NCBI GenBank assembly: GCA_039586795.1
Contig: JBDHJS010000003.1
Coordinates: forward strand, 1-64,000
Direction: 5' to 3'
DNA from: Gemmatimonadota bacterium
Lineage (GTDB): Bacteria; Gemmatimonadota; Gemmatimonadetes; Palauibacterales; KS3-K002
DNA length: 64,000 nucleotides
Positions 17,490 to 27,063 of this stretch are shown here, piece by piece. Numbering within the stretch: the first letter of the stretch is position 1; every line of letters begins with the position of its first letter. The position numbers and the translations under genes are program-made. Below the pieces are notes generated by a model. It was not told the DNA's origin, made no database searches, and saw only the letters and a list, made by a program, of their open reading frames with translations.

Positions 17490-19217
17490 CTATGACTCAA
17501 GCAGCGGCACGATCCGGAACTCGTTCACATCGACCAGACCGAGATCGGTGATCTTGAGCTGGGGGATCACGGCGAGAGCGAGGAACGACATGGTCATGAG
17601 CGGGTCGGGCAGCGTTCCGCCCAGCTGCTTCGACGCGGCGCCCATCGCTTCGACGCGATCGCGCACGTCTTCCAACGGCAGGTCGGACATCAGCCCGGCG
17701 ATGGGGAGCGGGACCGAGGCGAGGACTGCGCCGTCGGCGACGACCGCCTGGCCGCCATCGGTTTCGGCAACGGCGCGGGCCGCGGCCAGCATATCATCAT
17801 CGGTGGCGCCGACGACGACGATGTTGTGGTTGTCGTGCGCTACGGTGGAGGCGATGGCGCCGCGCTTCAGGCCGAAGCCGCGGACGAAGCCGACGCCGAC
17901 GTTACCGGTTCCGCGGTGTCGTTCGATCACCGCGATCTTCAGAAGGTCGCGCTCGGGATCGGTGACCGCGTTTCCGCCTTCGATCGTGAGTTCTTCGACG
18001 CTCTGATCGGTCACGATCTGGCCGGGGATCGCGTGAATGATTCTTGCTCTCGAATCGCCGTCCGCGGCGACCGCAAGTTCTGTCTTCGCCCAGTCGACCT
18101 GGACGCCGCTACCGGGCGGGGATGGCGGCGTCGGGCGGGCGCCTTTGTACTCGCCGTCTTCGGCGACGAGGGCGCCCTCGCTGAAGACCATGCGGGCGCG
18201 GAAGTCATCGAAGCCATCGAACACGACGAGGTCGGCGCGGTAGCCAGGCGCCACGGCGCCCAGGCCGGGCAAACCGAAGTAGCGGGCGGTGTTGATCGTC
18301 GCCATCTGGATGGCGGTCATGGGGTCGAGGTCTCTGTCGCGGGCCATTCGGATCAGTGCGTCGATGTGGCCCTCGTCGAGGAGGTCCTCGGGATGGCGAT
18401 CGTCGGTGCAGAACGAGCAGCTGGCCGCGTTCTCCGGGGTCACCAGAGGCAGCAACGCATCGAGATTACGCGCCGTCGTCCCTTCGCGAATGAAGAGGTG
18501 CATGCCACGGCGGAGCTTCTCCCGTGCTTCATCGATCCCGGTACACTCGTGGTCGGAGCCGATGCCGGCGGCGACGTACGCATTGAGCAGCGCGCCGGAC
18601 AGGCCGGGGGAGTGGCCGTCAACTGGTCGATCGCCGGCGGCCTCGATCTTGGCGAGCACCTCGGGCACGCCGAGGAAGACGCCGGGGAAGTTCATGACCT
18701 CGGCCAGACCGATGACCCGGGGGTGCTCGAACAAGGGCTCGAGGTCCGATGCCGCTAGGCTGGCTCCGGAAGTTTCCATGTGAGTCGCCGGCACGCAGGA
18801 CGAAGCCATGGCAAAGACACGGAGCGGCAGACCCTCGCTCGATTCGAGCATGTAGAGGATGCCGGGCACGCCGAGCACGTTGGCGATCTCGTGGGGATCG
18901 GTGACCACCGTGGTGGTGCCGCGGGGGATGATGGCGCGAGCGAACTCGGGCACGGTCACCATACTCGACTCGATGTGGACGTGGGCATCGATCAGCCCGG
19001 GACATACGTGGGCGCCGCCGAGATCGATGGTCTCCGTCGCCTCATACTTGCCAAACCCGGCCACGCGGCCGCCGAAGACGGCGATGTCGGCATCGTGCAC
19101 TTCGCCGGAGAAGACGTTGACGAGTCGCGCGTTCTCGAGCAGCAGGTCGGCCGGCGCATCGCCGCGGGCGACCTCGATCAGCTTGCTTCTGGATTCGGAA
19201 GGGATCGATTCTCTCAT
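17490..19217 (-). CDS. ade: Adenine deaminase
   Basis: PGLIDAHVHIESS, DPHEIANV, LAEVMNFP, DGHSPG, SDHE, CTDD and HDNHN. Confidence 0.93.
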   Translation of the reverse strand: MRESIPSESRSKLIEVARGDAPADLLLENARLVNVFSGEVHDADIAVFGGRVAGFGKYEATETIDLGGAHVCPGLIDAHVHIESSMVTVPEFARAIIPRGTTTVVTDPHEIANVLGVPGILYMLESSEGLPLRVFAMASSCVPATHMETSGASLAASDLEPLFEHPRVIGLAEVMNFPGVFLGVPEVLAKIEAAGDRPVDGHSPGLSGALLNAYVAAGIGSDHECTGIDEAREKLRRGMHLFIREGTTARNLDALLPLVTPENAASCSFCTDDRHPEDLLDEGHIDALIRMARDRDLDPMTAIQMATINTARYFGLPGLGAVAPGYRADLVVFDGFDDFRARMVFSEGALVAEDGEYKGARPTPPSPPGSGVQVDWAKTELAVAADGDSRARIIHAIPGQIVTDQSVEELTIEGGNAVTDPERDLLKIAVIERHRGTGNVGVGFVRGFGLKRGAIASTVAHDNHNIVVVGATDDDMLAAARAVAETDGGQAVVADGAVLASVPLPIAGLMSDLPLEDVRDRVEAMGAASKQLGGTLPDPLMTMSFLALAVIPQLKITDLGLVDVNEFRIVPLLES

Positions 19218-19235
19218 CGCCGTGAAGATCTCGCG

Positions 19236-20519
19236 CTATGAAGTTTGTAGGTTCGACGTGACATCTCGATCTGCATAGAGATCCAACTCGGGCTCTTCCG
19301 TGATCAAGCGAAACGCGTCGCGTATCTGCTCGTGACCGGTCTGCAACAGAAACGCCGAGTTCCGACCGTAGCTCTTCATCCCGAGAATGAAGAAGCCGGG
19401 TTCGGGGTTGAGCAGCACCTCGGGCCCGAAGCCGCCGAGCTGCAAACAGTCGCCACCGGCATCGGCCGAGGCGGCGAGGATCGATGCGGAAAGCTTCATC
19501 GGTCCGCGGCTGGCGTAGCACTCGTGCACCTGCAACTCTTTGTACAGCGAGCTGTCCGGCTCGTAACCGACGTTGGCGATGACGCGGTCGAACTCGGATG
19601 ATCGCCGACCGGACGGCGTCTCGAGGACGACTTCGAAGTGGTGCAGGTCAGCAAGCCAGCGGACCGAGTGAACGGCGGAGCCCGGCAGCCACTCGCAGCC
19701 CGATGTGGAGTCGGCAGCGATGTGGTTAGCCGCCTCCGTCAGTTGAACGCGTCGCGCCAGGGGGTCGTCGGCGAGCGGCGCGATAGGAGTCGCGTCGGCG
19801 TTCCGCGTAACCCAGACGATTTGAGTACCGGGATCCTCGGCGGCGAGGCGGGCGAGGGCCACCACGGTGGTGGCGGCGGACAAACCGTCACCGACGAGGA
19901 GCGTGCGTCGTCCAGCGTAGCTGTCGCGCCGGACGCCCGCCACATCGATGGGGTGGTATTCGATTGCGTCCCGGCTCTCTCGCTCGCCCAGCGCCGGCAC
20001 ACCGTCCACGCCCAGCCAGTTCGGATTCGCCCAGCTGCCCGAACAGTCGAGCATGACATCGGCTTCTTCGTAGCTTTCGTCGCCGTCGCGCTCGATGAGC
20101 AGTCTGAACGGTCGCCCAGCGCGAACGCCGTTGCCGATCGCCTCGCCTTTGAGCAGGCCGCTGCGGCCGATTGTGACGACGGATGCGCCAAGAACCAGGG
20201 CATCATCTGGAAGCGCGCGCTCGGCCAATGGCAACAGGTAAGTCTCTCGCCATTCGGCGCCGCTCTGAAACGCGTCGTCGCCGGGGAGCTCGTGGCCTGA
20301 CTCCTCAAGCATCCGCCGACCCAGCGACGTGTGGTTCATTCCGAACGGGGTGAAGAGCTGGACGTGGCCCCACTCGCCGATGTGCCGGGCCACCGGGCCG
20401 CGCTCGTGGATGCGGACATCGGCGCCGAGCGCTGATGCATAGAGCGCGGCCTCGAGCCCGATGGGCCCAGCACCGACTATCGCGATGCGTTTGCCAGCCA
20501 GCTTTGGACTGCTCGTCAT
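19236..20519 (-). CDS. FAD/NAD(P)-dependent oxidoreductase (flavoprotein monooxygenase-like)
   Basis: GAGPIG Rossmann motif, WGHVQLF, second motif VGDGLSA, HECYAS.GPMKL and GMKSYGR. Confidence 0.82.
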   Translation of the reverse strand: MTSSPKLAGKRIAIVGAGPIGLEAALYASALGADVRIHERGPVARHIGEWGHVQLFTPFGMNHTSLGRRMLEESGHELPGDDAFQSGAEWRETYLLPLAERALPDDALVLGASVVTIGRSGLLKGEAIGNGVRAGRPFRLLIERDGDESYEEADVMLDCSGSWANPNWLGVDGVPALGERESRDAIEYHPIDVAGVRRDSYAGRRTLLVGDGLSAATTVVALARLAAEDPGTQIVWVTRNADATPIAPLADDPLARRVQLTEAANHIAADSTSGCEWLPGSAVHSVRWLADLHHFEVVLETPSGRRSSEFDRVIANVGYEPDSSLYKELQVHECYASRGPMKLSASILAASADAGGDCLQLGGFGPEVLLNPEPGFFILGMKSYGRNSAFLLQTGHEQIRDAFRLITEEPELDLYADRDVTSNLQTS

Positions 20520-20545
20520 CCAGTAGTCACTTCCAAACGACTTCT

Positions 20546-22639
20546 CTACTGCAAGCGGATCAGATTTGCCGCCGCAACGTTCTCCAGGTACTGGAGCACC
20601 GCTTCAGCGGTCACCGTCCCGTAGTAATGGGCGCCCGCTTCGCGGGCTTCCGCCGCCACGTACCGATAGATATCGAGTCCGGTCCGCTCGCCGTTCACCG
20701 AGTTGAGGATCTCGAACGACATGAGCCCGTGCAATCCGCGCACGCCCCGGATGTTGCGTCGACCCTCCAGGAACTCTGCCGGCCCACCGGTGAGCACTGG
20801 CGTGTATCCACTCAAACGTCGTTCGGCTTCCGAGAGTTGCCGCTCCGGGAGGCTGCTGTTCCCGGTCGTGCGCTGGTAGGCGTTTTGCACGGCAGCCAAC
20901 GAAAGCCGCTGCCACCGGACGAGCTCGCCGAGTAATGGGTCGACCAGTTCGTCACCGCTGTGATCGATCTCGGCCAGCGACATGATGGCCAGGCGCTCGC
21001 GGTTGGCCGCGAAGCGCACTTGATCCATCGCCATATGGAACGCCGCCGCCTTGTCGTCGGAGCCGGCAATCCAAGTCAGACCGAGCCGTAGATTGCGGCC
21101 GAGGCGCTCTTGCCCACGCCCGACGGTCTCGGCGGCGAGGACGTCGACCGAGCGGGCGTTGGCGCTGGCCATCGTGTAGGCCATGAGCGCGACGGAGGCC
21201 GCGTTACGACCCAGCTGGGTGCGGTCAATGTTCCAGAGCTGGTCATCGCTGGAGTGGATGTAGTTGTCGGGCCAGTTGGTGAACGTGCTGCCGGGCACAC
21301 CGATCGGCGTCTCGTTGAACGTCATGTGGTCGGTGTTGTTGTGGAAGAAGATGGTCTTGGCGTTGTAGCGATGGCGCGTACCGAGGCGCGAAAGGTGCGG
21401 CTCGGGGTAGAACCCGGCGCCGGCCTGCAGCTGGGCAAGCTCTGAGCTGTTGCCCGCCACCATATACTCGATGACCGCTTCGACCACATCGTTGAAGAAA
21501 TGGAAGCGAGCCGCCGGTAGCCGGGTGATGTTCTGCATGCGCATCACATCTTGCGCCTGGTTGGCGCCGACCATGTCCTGGTTGACGTTGACCCACATCA
21601 CCTTGTGCGCTTCGGGGTTGTCCGCGAAGTACTGGCGCTGGCTGGAGATCTCGGTGACCCACCAGAAGCGGATGTTGCGCTGCGGCCTGGGCAAGCGTCC
21701 CTCTTCGATGAGCCGGTTGAGGGCCCGGGCGATTTCCAACACACTGGCGCAGCCGCTGGCATCGTCGTTGGCGGAGGTCGCTTCCTCCTGCATATGCCCG
21801 GTGAGCATGATGTCCTGCCCGCCGTTCGGGTCGGTGCCACGGATGTAGCCCTCCACCATCACCTGCCACGGCTCTTCACCCTGGACCGAGCTGAACTCGG
21901 ACTCGACGACGGCGTGCACGACGATCGGCTCTTCGGACGCCGCGATCTGGTTGCTGAGCGCCAGGCCCTGCCGCAGGGTCAGGTTGAAGCCGAAGGTCGG
22001 CTCGTAATCGTTCGAGCTTGTGGGCACGCGAGCCCAGCGCAGCTGATCGGGAAAGGCGCTCTGGCCGCCGAACGGGCTGGGATACCAGATCACACCCAAG
22101 GCGCCGCCGTCGCCAACGGCGCGACGCATCACGCTGGAGAGTGAGCCGTAGGTCAGTACGACCTTGCCGCGGACGTCAACGTCGGCGAGGTCTTCCGCTG
22201 TCCCGGCACCCACATCGACCAACTCGCCCCTCACATCGGTGGGCCGACTGTAGTCCGCGAGGTGCAGCGGCGATTGGAGCGTGCTGGCCAGGCGCTCCGC
22301 CTCAGGCTCGACGATCCACAGATCGGCGAACGTGGCGTTCCATGGCGTTGTCGAGTAGTCCTGCTTAATCAGCTTCACGTCGACCAGACCGTACTCGCGC
22401 GCCTTGCTCTCGAAGTACTCGGCGACCTTCCAGAGCCCGTTGGCGCCACCGCGCGGTCGGTGGAAGTGGGTCTGGTAGCGGATGTGCTCGTACGCGGCAT
22501 CGCCCGAGACTTCCTGAAGGATGAGTCGTGTGTAGTCCGGGTCGAGGACGGGCAGGTCCTGTGCAGCGGCCGGCTGCGGGGCCGTCAGCAGGACGAGCAC
22601 GGCGATGGTCGCGAGCGCGAAGGCAAGTCGCCTGGCCAT
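20546..22639 (-). CDS. M28 family metallopeptidase with PA domain, secreted
   Basis: Signal peptide, TGHM, ANDDASG, NIRFWWVTE, NQDMVG, TDH and YIHSSDD. Confidence 0.82.
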   Translation of the reverse strand: MARRLAFALATIAVLVLLTAPQPAAAQDLPVLDPDYTRLILQEVSGDAAYEHIRYQTHFHRPRGGANGLWKVAEYFESKAREYGLVDVKLIKQDYSTTPWNATFADLWIVEPEAERLASTLQSPLHLADYSRPTDVRGELVDVGAGTAEDLADVDVRGKVVLTYGSLSSVMRRAVGDGGALGVIWYPSPFGGQSAFPDQLRWARVPTSSNDYEPTFGFNLTLRQGLALSNQIAASEEPIVVHAVVESEFSSVQGEEPWQVMVEGYIRGTDPNGGQDIMLTGHMQEEATSANDDASGCASVLEIARALNRLIEEGRLPRPQRNIRFWWVTEISSQRQYFADNPEAHKVMWVNVNQDMVGANQAQDVMRMQNITRLPAARFHFFNDVVEAVIEYMVAGNSSELAQLQAGAGFYPEPHLSRLGTRHRYNAKTIFFHNNTDHMTFNETPIGVPGSTFTNWPDNYIHSSDDQLWNIDRTQLGRNAASVALMAYTMASANARSVDVLAAETVGRGQERLGRNLRLGLTWIAGSDDKAAAFHMAMDQVRFAANRERLAIMSLAEIDHSGDELVDPLLGELVRWQRLSLAAVQNAYQRTTGNSSLPERQLSEAERRLSGYTPVLTGGPAEFLEGRRNIRGVRGLHGLMSFEILNSVNGERTGLDIYRYVAAEAREAGAHYYGTVTAEAVLQYLENVAAANLIRLQ

Positions 22640-22703
22640 AATGCGGTCTCCCAGTTACGAAGTGGTCTTGGTCGGGGATGGGACGAAGATAGGCGTTGGA
22701 GAG

Positions 22704-22800
22704 TAATACTCAATATCTAACACCTAATCCCCAACTCTCAGGGTTGGCACAACCGAGCACACCTGAACGTTGAGGATTGAGGATTAGGTGTTGAGGATTA
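22704..22800. repeat. Inverted heptanucleotide tandem repeats
   Basis: Left arm TAATACT CAATATC TAACACC TAATCCC CAAC; reverse complement of right arm TAATCCT CAACACC TAATCCT CAATCCT CAAC. Confidence 0.7.
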
Positions 22801-22873
22801 TATGAGCAGCGTGAAACTACCGTGCCGTTGGCCGTGTAGTGTATTTCAGTAGTGACAATAAAGAGGGGACACC

Positions 22874-23905
22874 ATGAGCGACGGGATTGAGCTCCGCCCA
22901 CTGGCATCCGGCACGGGTCCAAGGAAATCGGCGGACGGTGACGCCACAATAGATGAGACGAAGATACTCGACGCTTACAGCCAGGCCGTCATCGATGTAG
23001 CCGAGCGGCTGCGCCCGGCGGTGGTGAACGTCTCGATCTGGGGTCTTCAGCGCAGTCCTTGGGAAGACCCGCCGAGCGGCAATGGGTCGGGGATCATCAT
23101 GGCGCCGGACGGCCTGATCGCCACGAATCACCACGTGGTGGAGAGCTCGCGACGGGTCGAGATCACGTTGAGCAACGGCGAGGAGACCGAGGCGGAGGTG
23201 CTGGGCACGGACGCGGCCAGCGACCTGGCGGTTCTGCGAGCCAACACCGGCGGATTGACGGCCGCCGAGTTCGGCGACGCCTCGCAGCTGCGGGTCGGCC
23301 AACTGGTGCTAGCCATCGGCAGCCCGTACGGATACAACTCCACGGTCACGGCCGGCGTGGTCTCGGCATTGGGCCGGTCGATGCGCGCGGCGGCGGGCCG
23401 GCTGATCGATAACGTCATCCAGACCGACGCGGCCATCAATCCCGGGAACTCGGGCGGCCCGCTGGTCACCAGTCAGGGTCTGGTGGTAGGTATCAATACC
23501 GCGGCTATCGGCCGGGGCGCCGGCATCGGTTTTTCGATCCCGGTCAACGAGATGACGCGGCGCGTGCTGTCGGCGCTGATCACACACGGCATCTACAAGC
23601 GCGCCTATCTGGGCATCGCGGGTCGCGAGCGACCGCTCTACGCGCGGGAGGCGCGTCGCTTGAGCCGCGAACAGGAAATGGGTGTCGAGGTAGCGGAGGT
23701 CGAACCTGGCGGTCCCGCGGCGGTTGCCGGCCTGCGTCGCGGCGACGTGATCGTAGGTCTCGATGATCTCATCATCGCGGGTATGGCCGATCTACAGGAG
23801 TCGCTCGCGCCCGAGCGAATCGATAAGTTCGTATCGATCGAGCTGGTTCGAGGTGACCAGCGACAGGAGATGGCAATTCAGTTGGGAGAATGGCCCGCGC
23901 GTTGA
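22874..23905 (+). CDS. HtrA/DegP-like trypsin serine protease with one PDZ domain
   Basis: Catalytic triad in TNHHV, DLAVL and IQTDAAINPGNSGGPL, plus a C-terminal PDZ. No obvious signal peptide. Confidence 0.92.
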   Translation: MSDGIELRPLASGTGPRKSADGDATIDETKILDAYSQAVIDVAERLRPAVVNVSIWGLQRSPWEDPPSGNGSGIIMAPDGLIATNHHVVESSRRVEITLSNGEETEAEVLGTDAASDLAVLRANTGGLTAAEFGDASQLRVGQLVLAIGSPYGYNSTVTAGVVSALGRSMRAAAGRLIDNVIQTDAAINPGNSGGPLVTSQGLVVGINTAAIGRGAGIGFSIPVNEMTRRVLSALITHGIYKRAYLGIAGRERPLYAREARRLSREQEMGVEVAEVEPGGPAAVAGLRRGDVIVGLDDLIIAGMADLQESLAPERIDKFVSIELVRGDQRQEMAIQLGEWPAR

Positions 23906-24843
23906 GACCGCCCGCGACGCTGACAGCTTTGCTATTCATCGCCTTTCCCACCACCGCTACGCCGCAAAACGGAGGCAGCGGAGGTTCGTCCGTCTATACT
24001 TATCGGCCGGAGCCGATAAAGCTCGCCGAGATCGGCGTGCCCATCCATCCGGCAGTCGCGCCATCGCCGGACGGCCGCTTCTTCGCCGTACTACAGACTC
24101 GACCCAACCCGGTGCTGTGGATCGTCCCGGCCGACGGCGGCGCGCCGTTCGCCTACCGTGAGATGTGGGCGGCGTACAACCCGCGTTGGGCGCCATCGGG
24201 AAACCGCATCGGCTTTGTCGCGGGGATCGGACCGCCACGGGTCTGGACGATCGAGGTGGACCCCGAAAGCGGACGACCGGTCGACCCGCCCCGCTTACTA
24301 TATAGAGCGGAAGTCAACGCCTACGCGTTCGCGCCGGATGGCGAGCGGGTGGCGTTCGTGCCGCGCAGGACGACGGCGGCGGGCGCGAGCGAGATCCATA
24401 TCATCGAGTGGGAGAGTCGACGCGTCAGGTTTCTGCTTCGAGAAAGCGGACTCATCTATAGGCTCGACTGGTCGCCGGACGGCAAGTTTGTCTACTACGG
24501 ACTAGCGGCCGACGATCCGGATGTCGCATCCCATAGCGTTGTGCGGGCCAGCGTGCGCGGCGCTTCGAAAAGGACCGTGGCGGAGACCGGAGAGTTTCTT
24601 GGGCTCTCGACGGACGGGCTGTGGCTGCTGAATCGGCCCCGGGACTTCGAGGCGATCCGTGCCAACGCGCTGCAGATCACGACGACGGGCGGCGCGCCGG
24701 TGCTCCGCGTTTCAGTGCCCCGGGGCTTGGCGCCGACCTGGGGGGCGACCTCCAACGCGCTGGTCCAGGTGCGCTCGAACACATCGGGCGACGAGATCAT
24801 CGCGATCCCGTCGCCCGTTCGCTGGCCGATTGTTCGCTGGTAG
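23890..24843 (+). CDS. TolB/PD40-like beta-propeller protein, secreted
   Basis: Repeated SPDG/WAPSG/FAPDG/WSPDG motifs and a hydrophobic N-terminus. Confidence 0.75.
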   Translation: MARALRPPATLTALLFIAFPTTATPQNGGSGGSSVYTYRPEPIKLAEIGVPIHPAVAPSPDGRFFAVLQTRPNPVLWIVPADGGAPFAYREMWAAYNPRWAPSGNRIGFVAGIGPPRVWTIEVDPESGRPVDPPRLLYRAEVNAYAFAPDGERVAFVPRRTTAAGASEIHIIEWESRRVRFLLRESGLIYRLDWSPDGKFVYYGLAADDPDVASHSVVRASVRGASKRTVAETGEFLGLSTDGLWLLNRPRDFEAIRANALQITTTGGAPVLRVSVPRGLAPTWGATSNALVQVRSNTSGDEIIAIPSPVRWPIVRW

Positions 24844-24846
24844 CGG

Positions 24847-26295
24847 CTACTGGCGACTGCAATTCACGCCGCCGCGGCCGCGGCTTCGCCAAGCGCCCTG
24901 CAATCCGTCTTCGCCGATCTCAGTGAATCTCAGCTCCATCAGGTTGGCCCCGCCGTCCACAGTGACGAAGCGCGTCTGATCAGAGCTACTCGCGGCGTAG
25001 ATCACGCGGTCGACGGTGTCGTTGTTCCAGAACAGGCGACCCCAGTAGTTCGTCGGTGAGCCGCGAAGACTGAGCGTCGCTCTTGCCACCTCTTCCATTC
25101 CTGCTACGGCGACGCACTCGTAGTCACCCGTGATGTCGGGGCCGGTGCCGGCCGAGGCCACAGCATCCGGGTTAAGGAACGCCTCGGTGATCAACGCCAC
25201 GATGAGGCCGCCGGTGGGAGCCTGCGACATGTTGCCGACGATGGCGACAGCCGCTTGCTGTTGCGGTCGAGTTTGGAAGCCCGTGGTGCCGCCGACGGAC
25301 CCGCCACCGTGACCGGCTTGAGTGACTACTCCGTCATCTACGGCCACCGCCCAACCGATCCCGTATCCGGTCGACTGTCCAGCGTTGGTCGACTGGGGCG
25401 TCCACATCTCCGCGATCGTCTCGGAAGCGAGTAGATCTTCGCCGAAATGAGCGAAGCCGAACCGAACCAGGTCGGACGGTGTCGAGATGAACCCGCCGCC
25501 CGCCCATTTGTAACTGTTGTCGACGTACGGTGCGTTGAGGACCATGCCGTCGTCGGCCCGTTCATAAAAACGCGTGCGGTGCGGGATGATGCTATCGGTA
25601 TAGTCGGCCGCTGTCTGAGTCATCCCGATGGGGTCGAACACGTTCTTCTGCATGTAGGAAAGGAATTCCTCACCGGACGCGCCCTCGATCACGGCGCTGA
25701 TCAGGTTCCAACCGTAGCTCGAGTAAGAGAAGCGTTCGCCGGGCTGGAACAACAAAGTGTCGTCCTCGAAGATCGTCAGACCCTCTAGCACGGTCTCGTA
25801 CCGCTTGGCGCTCAGGAACTCGGCCGAGCCAGCGTAGTGTCGGATGCCGGCGAGGTGACCGGCCACCTGCCGCGTGGTGATGGGCCAGCGCTTCTCGGGA
25901 AACGAGGGCACGTAGGTCTGGATGGGCGCGTCGAGGTCGAGCTTGCCCTGCTCCACCAGCAATCCGACGGCGGCGGCGGTCAACGGCTTGGAGACGCTTC
26001 CGATGCGGAACTTCGTCTCCGCCCAGACCGGGACCTTGTTTTCCACGTCCGCCCAGCCGAAGCCTTCCGCCCAAACGATGCGACCGTCGATACCCACAGC
26101 GACGGACATGCCCGGGGTCCCACTCTCTTCCATGACCGCGTTCACCAGATCGCGGGCGAACTCGATCGCAGCGGCGTAGCGGGTCGATGTTTGTGCTCTG
26201 GCAAGGGTGCCCTGGGCGTAGAGAGAGATGGGGGATAGAACGATCAGGATCAGCGCGAAGGTCAGCGCGGACGCGCCTGATTTCTTCCGATTCAC
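24847..26295 (-). CDS. Serine hydrolase, beta-lactamase/S12 family, with C-terminal extra domain
   Basis: FRIGSVSK (SxxK), LLFQPGERFSYSS, HGG and a signal peptide. Confidence 0.9.
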   Translation of the reverse strand: MNRKKSGASALTFALILIVLSPISLYAQGTLARAQTSTRYAAAIEFARDLVNAVMEESGTPGMSVAVGIDGRIVWAEGFGWADVENKVPVWAETKFRIGSVSKPLTAAAVGLLVEQGKLDLDAPIQTYVPSFPEKRWPITTRQVAGHLAGIRHYAGSAEFLSAKRYETVLEGLTIFEDDTLLFQPGERFSYSSYGWNLISAVIEGASGEEFLSYMQKNVFDPIGMTQTAADYTDSIIPHRTRFYERADDGMVLNAPYVDNSYKWAGGGFISTPSDLVRFGFAHFGEDLLASETIAEMWTPQSTNAGQSTGYGIGWAVAVDDGVVTQAGHGGGSVGGTTGFQTRPQQQAAVAIVGNMSQAPTGGLIVALITEAFLNPDAVASAGTGPDITGDYECVAVAGMEEVARATLSLRGSPTNYWGRLFWNNDTVDRVIYAASSSDQTRFVTVDGGANLMELRFTEIGEDGLQGAWRSRGRGGVNCSRQ

Positions 26296-26496
26296 GATGA
26301 AAACCTCCGGTTCGCGTGTATTTATGAAGGAACCATGACAATTCTTTTGGCGTGCATGAGGTGGGGCCGAGGCTTTCTTGTCTTAGACGTTTGAGGACAA
26401 GTTAGGGTTTCAAGATACATCTGCCACATCGGTACTTTCGACCCGGCTACGCCGGCCCCATAATCAGGGCGACTCAACCAGACCGGGAGGCCCCGC

Positions 26497-27054
26497 ATGG
26501 AAAACTGGCTAATCATCGCCATCGTCGTCGTCGTGTTGTTTGTCGGAATCATCCTTTACAACAAGCTGGCATCGCTCAGAGTCCGGGCGGACTCGGCCTG
26601 GGCCGATATCGATGCTCAACTGAAGCGACGCTACGACCTGATCCCCAACCTGGTGGAGACGGTCAAAGGCTACGCGAGCCACGAGAAAGAGACGTTCGAG
26701 CGTGTGACCGAGATGCGCGCCGCGGCGATCAACGCGCAGGGCGTGGCGGAGCAGGCGCAGGCGGAGAACATGCTGACACAAGCGTTGCGATCGGTGTTCG
26801 CCGTGGCGGAGAACTACCCGGAGCTGCGCGCTTCGGAGAACTTCAACCAACTGCAAGGCTCGCTGGTGGAGGTCGAGGACAAGATCCAGGCGGCGCGGCG
26901 CTACTACAACGCGGTCGTCCGCGACTATAACACCGCGGTCCATGTGGTCCCGTCCAGCCTGGTCGCGTTTCTGTTCAGCTTCAAGGATCGGGAGTATTTC
27001 GAGCTCGACTCGGAAGCCGAGCGTCAGGCGCCCAAAGTCGACTTCAGCAGCTGA
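26497..27054 (+). CDS. lemA: LemA family protein
   Basis: N-terminal TM, QLKRRYDLIPNLVETVKGYA.HE, AENYPEL.A and ARRYYN. Confidence 0.95.
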   Translation: MENWLIIAIVVVVLFVGIILYNKLASLRVRADSAWADIDAQLKRRYDLIPNLVETVKGYASHEKETFERVTEMRAAAINAQGVAEQAQAENMLTQALRSVFAVAENYPELRASENFNQLQGSLVEVEDKIQAARRYYNAVVRDYNTAVHVVPSSLVAFLFSFKDREYFELDSEAERQAPKVDFSS

Positions 27055-27063
27055 GCGGCGACG

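Noticed and set aside
17084..17500. Short ORFs (128, 68, 66 aa) in the GT2-ade intergenic region, or a CRISPR interpretation of its repeats
   Set aside because: The ORFs lack RBS or motifs and overlap the inverted repeats. There are only two inverted copies, no regular spacers and no cas genes.
22744..22759. TTGGCACAACCGAGCA sigma54-like motif
   Set aside because: GG-to-GC spacing is 9 nt rather than the required 10.
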